From Polyangiaceae bacterium (GTDB taxonomy: Bacteria > Myxococcota_A > Polyangia > Polyangiales > Polyangiaceae), in contig JANRKO010000028.1 of assembly GCA_033763455.1 (NCBI GenBank), positions 64,001-128,000 on the forward strand: DNA of 64,000 nucleotides, read 5' to 3'. A program made the translations under genes and the position numbers. The notes under the pieces are model-generated. The model worked only from the letters and a program-made list of their open reading frames with translations. It did not search any database and was not told where the DNA came from. Numbering within the stretch: position 1 is the stretch's first letter; each line of letters opens with the position of its first letter. This document shows positions 19,118 through 28,719 of this stretch, piece by piece.

Positions 19118-20911
19118 ATGTCTTTGCTCGACAAGCTGATCCCAACGCCGCGCTTGGTCGAGGTGAGTTCCGTCGAACTCGGCGCCACGCCTAGCGCGGT
19201 ATGGCAGCACCTGCGCCATGAGGAGCTCGCTGACTCGTTGCTCGTTCGCGCGCTGTTCGCCATCCGCACATTGCCCTCGCGCCTGGGGGCTGGCCCGTCC
19301 GAGCATTCGGTCTTGCGTATCGACGCTCTCCGCTCGACCCCGGAACACCCAGGCTTCCAGCTACTCGCCGAAGAGCCCGAGCGCTCCTTGACGGTGGGCG
19401 CCATCGGTCAAGTCTGGCAGCTCGATATTCCGTTTCAGCACGTCGACAGCGCCGAGCGCTACGCGAGCTTCACCGAACCAGGCTGGGTAAAAGTCGCTTG
19501 GGAGATCCGCTTGGCGCCCTGCGGCGAAGGTTCGTCCCAGCTCGATTTCGAGGTGCGTGTCGACGCGACCGACGATGCCTCGTGGGTCAAGTTCACCAGC
19601 TACTGGCGCCTGATCGGGCCTGGCTCACATTTGATCCGTCGGGTGTTGCTGGGTGGTTTCCAGCGACGCTTTGGCTCTCCGAACACACGGGAGGAGGAAC
19701 GTGCCTTACCCGGCGATGCGCTGTTGCCTGACGCGACCGCTCAGGCAACACATGGCATCACGATTCAGGCACCGCGCGCTGCCATTTGGCCTTGGCTCGT
19801 GCAGATGGGGTGCCACAGAGCTGGCTACTACTCGGTGGATCTCCTCGACAACGGCGGCGTGCCGAGCGCTCGGGAAATCCACGCCGATCTCCAAGAGCTG
19901 GTTGTCGGACAGATCCTTCCCGCGACACCCGAGAGCTCCGAGGGCTTCGAGGTGCTGGCCATCGAGCCCGAACACACCTTGATTCTGGGCGGACTCTACG
20001 ACGTGAAGGGCAGACAGCAGCTTCCGTTCGCGAGTGCGCGTCCGCAGAACTACTGGCACGCGACTTGGACGTTCGCGCTCGAGGAACTGGGGCCGACGTC
20101 GACGCGCCTCCACGTGCGGGCGCGCGTGGCCCTATCGTCATCCGAACGGTTTCACGCTGCGTGGATCCGCCCTGTTCACGCGCTGATGCAAACGGCGCAG
20201 CTCCGTCATCTGGCGGCTCGCGCCGAAGGACGACTTGCGCGCGACTCGCTCGTGGACATCGGTGAAGGGCTGGCGGGGGCCGCGGTGATGGCGCTCGCGT
20301 TCGTTACGCCTTTTCAGCGGACCGCCAGGAATCACTGGGGACTTTCCGCCGAGGAAGCCGCGAAGCCTCGCCCCGGTGACGAGTGCATCCCCGAGCCCCT
20401 TTGGTCGTGGACACACGGCATCGAGATCGACGCCCGAGCGGAAGAGGTATGGCCGTGGGTGGCTCAGATAGGCGCCGATCGGGCAGGTTTCTATAGCTAC
20501 CAGTGGCTCGAAAACTTGGCGGGATGCAAGGTCCAGAACGCTGAGAGCTTGCACGCGGAGTGGGTGCACCGCATCGGGGACAACCTCGTGTTGCACCCCA
20601 AAATGCCGCCCATTCCCGTGATCGGCATCGAACCCAATCGGAGTCTCGTGGCCTTTGCACCCGCCGACGAAGCGGCGCGGATCGAAGGGCGCCCTTGGGC
20701 AGCCGCCAGTTGGGCGTTCGTTCTCGAGACGCTGGGCGACGAGCGCTGCAGACTCGTCAGCCGCTTCCGCACGGTCTGCTCGGCCGACTTGATGAGCCGC
20801 GTTGTGCAAGGGCCGATCCTGCTTGAGCCTATCGGCTTTGCCATGGATCGCCGCATGTTGCTCGGGATTCGAGAGCGGGTGCTGCGCGCTCGAGCGGAGC
20901 AATGTACATGA
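19118..20911 (+). CDS. Three-domain SRPBCC/START-like protein
   Basis: Duplicated motif PGD..P.....THGI.I.A....WPW..Q.G..RAG.YS...L.N plus an N-terminal DUF2867-like domain ending YWRLIGPGS.LIRR. Confidence 0.75.
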   Translation: MSLLDKLIPTPRLVEVSSVELGATPSAVWQHLRHEELADSLLVRALFAIRTLPSRLGAGPSEHSVLRIDALRSTPEHPGFQLLAEEPERSLTVGAIGQVWQLDIPFQHVDSAERYASFTEPGWVKVAWEIRLAPCGEGSSQLDFEVRVDATDDASWVKFTSYWRLIGPGSHLIRRVLLGGFQRRFGSPNTREEERALPGDALLPDATAQATHGITIQAPRAAIWPWLVQMGCHRAGYYSVDLLDNGGVPSAREIHADLQELVVGQILPATPESSEGFEVLAIEPEHTLILGGLYDVKGRQQLPFASARPQNYWHATWTFALEELGPTSTRLHVRARVALSSSERFHAAWIRPVHALMQTAQLRHLAARAEGRLARDSLVDIGEGLAGAAVMALAFVTPFQRTARNHWGLSAEEAAKPRPGDECIPEPLWSWTHGIEIDARAEEVWPWVAQIGADRAGFYSYQWLENLAGCKVQNAESLHAEWVHRIGDNLVLHPKMPPIPVIGIEPNRSLVAFAPADEAARIEGRPWAAASWAFVLETLGDERCRLVSRFRTVCSADLMSRVVQGPILLEPIGFAMDRRMLLGIRERVLRARAEQCT

Positions 20912-21585
20912 CCTCAATCGCGAGTGATGCGGCAGCGTCTGCGCCGCCCGGGCAGAGTTTTTGGCGCGTCTATTGGCTCGCATTTGTGCGCCCCGCGCGA
21001 GCCATGAATGCCTTAGTCCAATCCCGCGGTGCAGTACGATTCGGCGCCTGCAGTGTGGCCATCACGGGTGTCACGTATTCACTCGTTTACTTCTTCCTGT
21101 CGCAGAACGGAGGCAGGCCCACCGTCTTCGAGCCTTGGCTCGCTATTCCCGCCGAGGATTACTACCGCTACAATTTGCTATTCAACCTCCCGAGCGTGCT
21201 CCTGGCCTGGGTCGCAGCGACAGGCTTCACTCACCTGGCCGCTCAGGCCTTGGGCGGAAAAGGGACGTTCGAGACGACCTTGGGCACACTCGGCTTGGGC
21301 ATCGGAGTGGCCTCCTGGGGCACCGGACTTCACGATCTGCTCACGAGCTGCATGGGGTACCAGGGGCTGCTCGACCAACGCGCCTACGAAGATGCCATGA
21401 GCGCGCCCGGGACGGCGGCCCATCGCCTGATTTGGACGCTCATGCTGCTCTATTCGAGCGCGTTCCTGCTGCTCTTCACGCGAGGCGTCGGGGTCGCGCA
21501 TGGCCTCCGCCTCGGTCGCGCCTTCGCTTGTGGAGCGCTTGGCTTCGCCGTGTACCAGGGCATATTCGTGCTCTTCAACCGCTGA
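20908..21585 (+). CDS. YIP1-like multi-pass membrane protein
   Basis: About five TM segments, RP..A...L and LGGKGTFE motifs; ATGA overlap with the upstream gene. Confidence 0.7.
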   Translation: MTSIASDAAASAPPGQSFWRVYWLAFVRPARAMNALVQSRGAVRFGACSVAITGVTYSLVYFFLSQNGGRPTVFEPWLAIPAEDYYRYNLLFNLPSVLLAWVAATGFTHLAAQALGGKGTFETTLGTLGLGIGVASWGTGLHDLLTSCMGYQGLLDQRAYEDAMSAPGTAAHRLIWTLMLLYSSAFLLLFTRGVGVAHGLRLGRAFACGALGFAVYQGIFVLFNR

Positions 21586-21843
21586 CAATCGAACGCGCGC
21601 ATCCGCACGCTGCCTCGCTTCTACACCACCGATGTGACGTTTCTCAGCTGACCGCCGCGCCGATCCAGCACACGCCACGTATTCCGATTTTTCGGATTTG
21701 GTGGCGCATCAAATGCGCGAGACGTGAACCCGTCGCGCAAGTCGTTCGTGCCGAGCGGCGACAGGTTGGCGGCGAGATCTGCAGAAACCGTTTTTCGAAT
21801 AGCCGCTTGCCTCGCCGGGCAGAGCGCTGCTAAGCGTCTTCCT

Positions 21844-22296
21844 ATGAAGTCGATAACCCAAACGACGCGACGCGCCTTGGCGGTGTTGCTACTGTTGCCA
21901 CTAAGCGGCTGCTATAGGGCGACGTTTTTCGAGAACCCTACTGCTGTTCGCGGCAATGAACACGAGCGCTGGACAGATTTCTTTATCTTCGGTTTGGTTG
22001 GCACCCAAGATTTCTCCATCAAGGAGTTTTGCCCGAGCGGCGAGGTGGCGCAGGTTCGCACCGGGGCGAACTTTGGAACTGGCATCGTTGGGTTTTTGAC
22101 GATTGGGATCTACACGCCACGAAAACTCTATGTAACGTGTGCCGCAACGGGCAAGGCGGCGCGGCGTGAACTGGAGATTGACGCTACTTCCTCAGGTGAG
22201 CCTGTAGCGGCAAAGATTCGCACTGGGAATTTAGCCGTACCGGTTAACATTCAACGGGTCAAGTCGGCTACGTGGCGACTTCAGGAGCGGAGCTGA
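21844..22296 (+). CDS. Bor/Iss-like lipoprotein
   Basis: Lipobox LSGC; FFIFGLVG...CP...GIYTPR...C pattern. Confidence 0.8.
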   Translation: MKSITQTTRRALAVLLLLPLSGCYRATFFENPTAVRGNEHERWTDFFIFGLVGTQDFSIKEFCPSGEVAQVRTGANFGTGIVGFLTIGIYTPRKLYVTCAATGKAARRELEIDATSSGEPVAAKIRTGNLAVPVNIQRVKSATWRLQERS

Positions 22297-22299
22297 GCC

Positions 22300-22734
22300 A
22301 TGTACAAGAATCGCAACTCCCGAACGCTGCTTGGCCTGTTTCTCACGTGCCTCCCCCTCTGCCTAAGTGGGTGTTACACGACCACCATTCACTCTGGGAA
22401 ACCTGCCGCGGCGCCGAGCCTCGAATACGATCAGAAGTGGCATCACGGCCTGGTGTGGGGGATCGCCGAACTCAGCGGCCCTTACGATCTGTCAAAAATC
22501 TGTCCACTCGGGTGGGCGAAAATTAAGACCGAAACCTCATTTCTGAATGGTTTCGTCGAGGCTGTGACCAGTGGTGTCTATGCGCCCCAGACGATCACCG
22601 TCATGTGCAACGCCTCTGAGGGTCCCGCCGCGCCATCCACTTCTGCTAAGCCCGCTGCGCCTCCCACCGATACGCCTGTTCCCCCTTCAACGGAGCCCGC
22701 TGCCCCGGTCGAGCCAAGCGCTAGCCCCGAGTGA
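22300..22734 (+). CDS. Bor/Iss-like lipoprotein with Pro/Ala tail
   Basis: Lipobox LSGC; WGI...ICP...TETSFLNG.....T.GVYAP.T..V.C pattern. Confidence 0.8.
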   Translation: MYKNRNSRTLLGLFLTCLPLCLSGCYTTTIHSGKPAAAPSLEYDQKWHHGLVWGIAELSGPYDLSKICPLGWAKIKTETSFLNGFVEAVTSGVYAPQTITVMCNASEGPAAPSTSAKPAAPPTDTPVPPSTEPAAPVEPSASPE

Positions 22735-22867
22735 AGATCCTGGATTTATGATCGTATTCCTAGCGAGCGCGATCCTGATGCGGAGCCGGCGACCTGATCG
22801 GTTTGCCAGGTGCAGTTGCCGTTGAGCCTAAGCCAGTATCCCAGACTTGCGTGCAACCGGTTTCGGT

Positions 22868-22948
22868 TCGGCGTTTGCAGGGAAACGCCACCAGGTCCGC
22901 GTGGTCGCAGGAACGGCAGGTAAGCTGCAAATATCCATGCTCCGGGAT
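22868..22948 (-). mobile_element. IS91/ISCR-family transposase zinc-binding domain relic
   Basis: IPEHGYLQLTCRSCDHADLVAFPCKRR resembles the conserved GILEHGF.R.RC..C....LVAFSCKRRG motif; rest of the transposase is absent. Confidence 0.7.
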
Positions 22949-23172
22949 AGCGCTAATCATGCCCCGCCCGGCCGCTTGAAGCGGGGGCGATTTAAGGAAA
23001 GTCACCAACCTGTCGCAAAGCTCATGGCTAGCGAGGCGCTTCGCATGCCAAGTACCGCCCGGATGGTCGAAACCCCCTTGGATGGTGCGGGATTTTGTGG
23101 TTATGCTGCGCCGCTCCCTATGGGAGTAGCTCATTGACTGCAAGCGGACGTTCGGAGAACGAAGGAGAGATC

Positions 23173-24087
23173 ATGGCAAACTTTGGAACTCTGATTAAGA
23201 CAACGCGCGGGCGCCGCGTGGCTGCTGGCATTGCGGGCGCCGCAACACTTGCGAGCGCGGGTGCCTACGCCGCGGTTAGCCTCAACGCGAGCAGCGGTGA
23301 GATCCAAGGCTGCTACGACCGACAGGGCCGGCTGCGCGTACTCACGGGCCCGAACGATGCCTGTGAACGCAATGAGCAAGCTATCAGCTGGAACAAGCAA
23401 GGCCCCGAGGGAGCCCAGGGCCTTCCTGGGATACAGGGGCCCGCAGGTCCGGTGGGACCGGCGGGAGCGGATGGAGCACCTGGTCGGGATGGACGCGATG
23501 GCCTTCAGGGCGCCATCGGCCCAATGGGGGCAATCGGGCCTGTTGGTCCTCAGGGGCCTGCAGGGCCTCCGGGTTCAAGTGGTGGAGGAGGCGGTCAGCC
23601 AGCCCCGGCGGCCCACGAGGCCGATGTGTTCTTGAAGATCGGTGACATTAAGGGCGAATCGACGGACACCAAGCACAAGGACGAAATCGAGATCGAAAGC
23701 TTCAGCTGGGGCCTTAACAACGCGGGTTCGTTAAGCTCCGGCGGGGGAGCGGGCTCTGGCAAAGTGAGCTTTAATGATATCCAGCTTACCAAGCGCGTCG
23801 ATCTCTCAAGTGCCGCTTTGGCTCTCAACGGCGCGACAGGCAAGCATCTGCCTGAGGCCACCATCACGATCCTAAGGCCTAGCCAGAAGACGGGCGAAAA
23901 GGTCGAATATCTGAAGATCAAGCTGACGGACGTCTTGGTGACTTCCGTGAGTCAGGCGATCGATACGAGCGCCACCGCCGCCGAGAGCATCTCGCTCAAT
24001 TTCTCCAAGATCGACTTCCAATACACGTCGGAAGTAGCACCGCCCAATGGGTTCGGGTGGGACATCAAACAGAACACGAAGCTTTGA
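23173..24087 (+). CDS. hcp: Signal peptide + Cys-paired domain + collagen (Gly-X-Y) repeats + Hcp tube domain fusion
   Basis: SD AAGGAGA; basic/hydrophobic leader ending AYA; 19 GXY triplets; Hcp motifs [58 protein letters not shown]. Confidence 0.9.
   Translation: MANFGTLIKTTRGRRVAAGIAGAATLASAGAYAAVSLNASSGEIQGCYDRQGRLRVLTGPNDACERNEQAISWNKQGPEGAQGLPGIQGPAGPVGPAGADGAPGRDGRDGLQGAIGPMGAIGPVGPQGPAGPPGSSGGGGGQPAPAAHEADVFLKIGDIKGESTDTKHKDEIEIESFSWGLNNAGSLSSGGGAGSGKVSFNDIQLTKRVDLSSAALALNGATGKHLPEATITILRPSQKTGEKVEYLKIKLTDVLVTSVSQAIDTSATAAESISLNFSKIDFQYTSEVAPPNGFGWDIKQNTKL
23401..23571 (+). repeat. Collagen-like Gly-X-Y coding repeat (19 triplets)
   Basis: [57 protein letters not shown]. Confidence 0.9.
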
Positions 24088-25658
24088 GCCAGAGTGGGGC
24101 TGATTTCAAGGCGGCATTGACCGCCTACGATCAAGTTGCCTACCCAGGCCACGCCTACCCACAGACGCACCCCACACGCCTGGGCGCGATGGCTCAGCTA
24201 CTCGGGTTAACGCCAGCGCCCGTTGAGCGTTGCCGAGTTTTGGAGCTCGCCTGTGGGGACGGCGCCAATCTTATCCCCATGGCCGTGGCGCTGCCGGGCG
24301 CTACCTTCGTCGGCGTGGACGTCGCAGCGCGTGCGATCGCCGCGGGGCAAGAGATTGTGGCCGAGCTCGGCCTCCGGAACATCGAGCTTCGCGCGGGCGA
24401 CGCTTCCGCCCTGGGGCGCGATTTAGGGGAGTTCGACTATGTGATCGCCCACGGGGTCTATTCGTGGGTGCCAGAAGCCGTGCGCGACGGGCTGCTCGCA
24501 ACGATCAAGGCACACCTGGCGCCGGGTGGGATCGGTTATGTGAGCTTCTCCGCGTATCCTGGCGCCTATTTTCGCGAACTCGTGCGCGAGCTCATGCTCT
24601 TTCACACGGGCGAGGGCGCGCCACCCACCGAGCGCCTTCAGCACGGAATCGATTTCTTGCGCTTTGTTCGCGAAGTGCACGGTCCCGGAACGGCTTACGC
24701 GGCCGCCCTGGATCAAGAGCTTGTGCGCGTTTCCAAAGCGGACCCAGGCTACGTCTTTCACGATGATTTCTCTGAAACGAATGCCCCGATCTATTTTTCG
24801 GCTTTTGCTGAACACTTGGCCACACACGATCTTGCCTACCTGTGTGACGCGACCTTCGATTACTTCTTCGACCCACGCCTTTCGTCGGCTGTACGCGAGC
24901 AGATCAGCAGCTACGCCGGGGGAAACATCATTGCCGAACAGCAGTACCTCGACTTCATCCAGGGCACACCCTTCCGCCAAACGCTGGCGTGCCACGCGAG
25001 CGCACCGATTGATAGAAAGTTCGACGCGACGCGATTGTTCCCGCTCTTGGCTTCGGCTTGGCTTGCTCCTACACAGCCGGACCCCGACATCCTGGGCCCA
25101 ACCCGTGTTTGCTTTCGCAGCCAAGATCTTCGAGAAATCGAAACGGAGGAGCCGCTCGCCAAAGCTTTGCTCTTGGAGCTATCCCAAGCTTGGCCTGAAG
25201 CGCGTAGCGTTCAGTGCATTTTTGACAGCGCCCTCAGGCGCATCGGGGCGCCTCCACCCGATCCATCGGGGGCGCCTGGGTACGCTCCGCACGCGCTCCG
25301 GGTTCTGGAGCGCACCGTTCTTATGGGCGCCGCTACCCGCTTGATCTCTGTGTGGCACGGCAGCTTTGTGGGTATCGGAGTACCCGGCGATCGCCCGCTC
25401 GCAAGTCCGCTCGCTCGCCTTCAAGCGAGTCGTGGAGAACTAGTAACGAGCCTTCGCCACACGACAGTACGCCTTCAAGATGCCCCTGCACGTGGCCTGC
25501 TTGAGCTGATGGATGGCACCCGCACCCGCCAGGACTTGTTGGTAGCGCTCCGCGACCGATTGGCCGAGTCCGACCCAACCTCTGCCCATGACCTAAACCT
25601 GGAAGCGCTCAACCGCGTGCTCAACGGGTTGGCGGAGCGTGGTTTCGTTTTGGGTTAG
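24084..25658 (+). CDS. Class I SAM methyltransferase with methyltransferase regulatory domain (rickettsial PKMT-like architecture)
   Basis: [47 protein letters not shown]...[13 protein letters not shown]....FRQTL, LL.LMDGTRT; TTG start overlaps the hcp stop (TTGA), alternative GTG at 24057. Confidence 0.88.
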   Translation: MSQSGADFKAALTAYDQVAYPGHAYPQTHPTRLGAMAQLLGLTPAPVERCRVLELACGDGANLIPMAVALPGATFVGVDVAARAIAAGQEIVAELGLRNIELRAGDASALGRDLGEFDYVIAHGVYSWVPEAVRDGLLATIKAHLAPGGIGYVSFSAYPGAYFRELVRELMLFHTGEGAPPTERLQHGIDFLRFVREVHGPGTAYAAALDQELVRVSKADPGYVFHDDFSETNAPIYFSAFAEHLATHDLAYLCDATFDYFFDPRLSSAVREQISSYAGGNIIAEQQYLDFIQGTPFRQTLACHASAPIDRKFDATRLFPLLASAWLAPTQPDPDILGPTRVCFRSQDLREIETEEPLAKALLLELSQAWPEARSVQCIFDSALRRIGAPPPDPSGAPGYAPHALRVLERTVLMGAATRLISVWHGSFVGIGVPGDRPLASPLARLQASRGELVTSLRHTTVRLQDAPARGLLELMDGTRTRQDLLVALRDRLAESDPTSAHDLNLEALNRVLNGLAERGFVLG

Positions 25659-25709
25659 GCGATCTCCAGCTGAGGCCCCTGGCTCGCAGCACCGCAGACT
25701 ACATCGCGC

Positions 25710-26546
25710 TCAAAGTGGCGCGGCCGTATAGCCTTGCACCACCTTTAGGTTGTCGAAGCGAATGGCAGATGGCGTCTGCGGTTCCCACGTGAGGTTCGGA
25801 AAAATGGCGGGTAAATACTGCGATGCACAAAGATCGTCGAACAACCCCTGGGTCAGCCCTGGGTACGCTGGCAGTGCACCTTGACACGTCGTCCGCTTCA
25901 CTTCGTTGCCACCGTAGAAGGTGCTGAAAAATAGGCTGTTGACCCATGCATCTTGGCTGTCCGGAACAATCACCGGGCACGGGCCGCTGCACTCGTCGCG
26001 CAACACCACGTTGTGAGAAACCAACAGTCGTTTGGCAGAGCCGTCGGCGGCTTGCACCGCCAAACTTACTTCACCATTGCCCGAGATGGGCACCGGGGCG
26101 CCGATACCATCCAGAACCAGCTTGCCGTCCGCATCTTTCTTGTAAACGACACTGTCATTGTCGTTTACCTGAACCGAGATTCGTAGCGTGTACCATTTGC
26201 CTGTTTGGAAACGAAATTTGTCGTCGGCAGGGATCTTGCCCGGCTCTTCGTAGGGCGCGTCTCCGTCGGTGGCATCCATCATCTGCATCACGCCGCAGCC
26301 CCCCGAAGGACGCGTTTGATCGTAGGAATACAGTTGTAAGCGGCCATTGTTGCGCCACATCACGCGCACACTCCAGTTCTTCACATTGCGCTTCTTGTTT
26401 CCATCGTCCGTGCACCCACTGTCGAAAGCCTTGGCCGCCAAACCCGGTAATTTCCCACCCTTGGCGAAATCGAAACCGGGCTCGAAATACAAATCGTAGG
26501 TCAACGTGTACGCCTTCGCAGCGATAGGGGCGTTAGAGGCAGCCAC
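25710..26546 (-). CDS. Polysaccharide lyase family 14-like protein, probably 5'-truncated
   Basis: Y.LYFEPGFDFAKGGKLPGL, WSVRVMWR, FSTFYGG motifs; no signal peptide, in-frame stop shortly upstream. Confidence 0.7.
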   Translation of the reverse strand: MAASNAPIAAKAYTLTYDLYFEPGFDFAKGGKLPGLAAKAFDSGCTDDGNKKRNVKNWSVRVMWRNNGRLQLYSYDQTRPSGGCGVMQMMDATDGDAPYEEPGKIPADDKFRFQTGKWYTLRISVQVNDNDSVVYKKDADGKLVLDGIGAPVPISGNGEVSLAVQAADGSAKRLLVSHNVVLRDECSGPCPVIVPDSQDAWVNSLFFSTFYGGNEVKRTTCQGALPAYPGLTQGLFDDLCASQYLPAIFPNLTWEPQTPSAIRFDNLKVVQGYTAAPL

Positions 26547-27570
26547 TTGCGGGAATCTATGACACGAGCCGTGACGGCGAGAAGCAGTCCGTCCCAGCCC
26601 AACCCACAGCTAAGCCCAGTGCTTGCGACACGGGCATGGGATTGTGCACAGGTGGCGGCATCATTCCACGAACCGACGTCTTTGGGTTCGGCGAACCGTG
26701 TAGTGGTATCATCGTGACCCGCACGTTAGACGGCGTGACATGCGCTCGCGAGCAAGTGGGATGCCCGCATCTCTGCCTGTAGAGAGCGAATCCTGCGCGG
26801 ATCAGGCCAAGTATACCCAAAGACTTGGGCGGGCTCTGTCTGAATCCACGAGCGAGCGGACGCTAGCGAGGGCGAATGAGATTGCCCCCGGGTGTAGGTG
26901 CGAGAGCCTTTCACCGTGGCAGACCCATTGACGGAATATTGCTGTTAGGTTCGCACTTCAGCGGACCGGGAGGCGCAGTTGACAGCCCGAGGCCACCTTC
27001 GAGGTGCGTGAGCCCATCGGCTTTGAGACGTGCGGCGCTCGCGCCTGAGCCTGCCCGGCACGCCTGGCGGTGCTCGCTTCGGCGGATGCGCTGGAAGGCT
27101 TGGAGGCAGATGATATCTGGCCGCTTCCGATCTACCAGGACGTGTCGTTCACTCGCTGAACTATGGGTCGTCACTGGCAGCGTGCATTCCATACTACCAG
27201 TTGCTGTCTAGGGGTACCATCACGTGCCCCCACTGCCCGCGCTTGCGGCGAGCGCGCAGCGCACAGCGTGAGTGGCACCCGAGTTCTGCGAGAAGCGTCG
27301 CCGGGAACCGTACGGGGAGACTGGGGCCGGTGGACGGCTTGGCCGGTCGCTCCCGGAGGCCAGTTGCGCGACAGATGAAACCCCCGGCGCGCTAATCAAG
27401 CGGCGCACGGAGACAGCCATTGCCAGGGCGACTGGCTCCCCATCTTTCCCCCAATCGCTAGGAAGGATGCCTGTCGAACCAACCGGAATGAGGCGGTGCG
27501 GCGAGGAGGGCCGAATTCCCCATCCAACTTCTGCGCTGCGCTCGCTTGCCTCACGTGGTAGTTTCTTGAC

Positions 27571-28716
27571 GTGCTCCGCTCACTCGAACTCAGCAACTTT
27601 CGAGCCTTCCAGAGTTTCTCTCTTGAAGGCCTTGGACAAATAAATTTGTGCGTCGGCACTAATAACTGCGGCAAGACCTCGATCCTCGAAGCCGTAAGCA
27701 TCTTGGCGTCGCGCGGTCGTCCGGAATCGCTTTGGTCCGCGCTTGCCCGTCGCGGTGAGCAGTGGTTCGAAGATGATACTAGGGGTCCGGGCCGCCTAGA
27801 AGTCGATATTTGCCATCTGTTCTATGGTCATGAGCTTTTACCAAATGCGCAGTTCTCAATTACAGGAGTAAACGACACGAGGACGCAGAAAATCACCGCC
27901 ACGGCCGTTGAGCGCGACCCCGCTCAGGAGAACACTGAAGGCCCTGATCGCATATCAGCTCGTCAGGGTACCCTGTTTGATCCAGGCGACACTGAAAATT
28001 CGCTCGGGGGGAGGATGTCGTTGGAGCTACGATGGGAGGGTTTCAACAGCGAGGTAACTCAGCAGTTTCTCGTATCGCGACGCGGAGGCCTGGTTAGCGA
28101 CGTTCTCGAACGATCGACCAGAAAGCGCGACGACGACGCCACTCCGGTTAGATCGATTACGACCGAAGCACTGACACGCGACGAAGTCGTCGCCATGTTC
28201 GAAGCCATTGTGCTAACCCCGGAGGAACAAGTCGTCATTGATGCGCTCAAGACGATCGAACCTGCTATCGAACGCATTGCTCCGATTGGCTCTTCGCGAC
28301 GCCGATATTTCCCCGTTGATCGGGGTGGAATTGTCGTAAAGTTAGCGAACAGCAACCAGCGCATCCCCATAGGCAGCATGGGAGACGGGATCTGGCGGAT
28401 GCTTGGAATCGCTTTGTCGCTAGCGCGAGCCAGGGGCGGGATCCTCCTCGTCGACGAGATTGACACGGGATTTCACCACTCGGTCATGGCCTCCATGTGG
28501 CGGATGGTTCTTGAAACCGCCTTAAGGCTCGACGTCCAGGTATTTGCGACCACCCACAGCCGCGACTGCTACGAAAGCCTTGCTTCCATTTCACGCGCGG
28601 ATGCATCGGAGAGTCGTGTGTCTATCCAGCGGATCGAGCGCGGAAACCCCAAGGCCGTAGCCTTCTCCGAAAGTCAGATAGTCATCGCTGCAGAACGCGC
28701 CATTGAGGTGAGATAA
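27571..28716 (+). CDS. AAA/ABC-family ATPase (AAA_15/AAA_21-like)
   Basis: NFRAF, Walker A GTNNCGKTS, signature SMGDG, Walker B LLVDEIDTGFH, QVFATTHS. Confidence 0.9.
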   Translation: MLRSLELSNFRAFQSFSLEGLGQINLCVGTNNCGKTSILEAVSILASRGRPESLWSALARRGEQWFEDDTRGPGRLEVDICHLFYGHELLPNAQFSITGVNDTRTQKITATAVERDPAQENTEGPDRISARQGTLFDPGDTENSLGGRMSLELRWEGFNSEVTQQFLVSRRGGLVSDVLERSTRKRDDDATPVRSITTEALTRDEVVAMFEAIVLTPEEQVVIDALKTIEPAIERIAPIGSSRRRYFPVDRGGIVVKLANSNQRIPIGSMGDGIWRMLGIALSLARARGGILLVDEIDTGFHHSVMASMWRMVLETALRLDVQVFATTHSRDCYESLASISRADASESRVSIQRIERGNPKAVAFSESQIVIAAERAIEVR

Positions 28717-28719
28717 CCT

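Noticed and set aside
20138..21833. Long alternative-frame ORFs (20138-20983, 20961-21833 and similar ones elsewhere)
   Set aside because: Arg/Ala-rich shadow ORFs over well-supported genes, as expected in GC-rich DNA
23173..24087. A type VI secretion system locus
   Set aside because: Only an Hcp domain is present; no sheath, VgrG, PAAR, baseplate or ClpV genes
26720..26952. GTTAGAC and GTTAGGT as possible integron attC/attI cores
   Set aside because: No paired RYYYAAC...GTTRRRY hairpin, cassette array or integrase is visible
27250..27320. GTTCTGCGAGAAGC resembling a second group II intron domain V
   Set aside because: The 5' arm and domain VI do not pair convincingly
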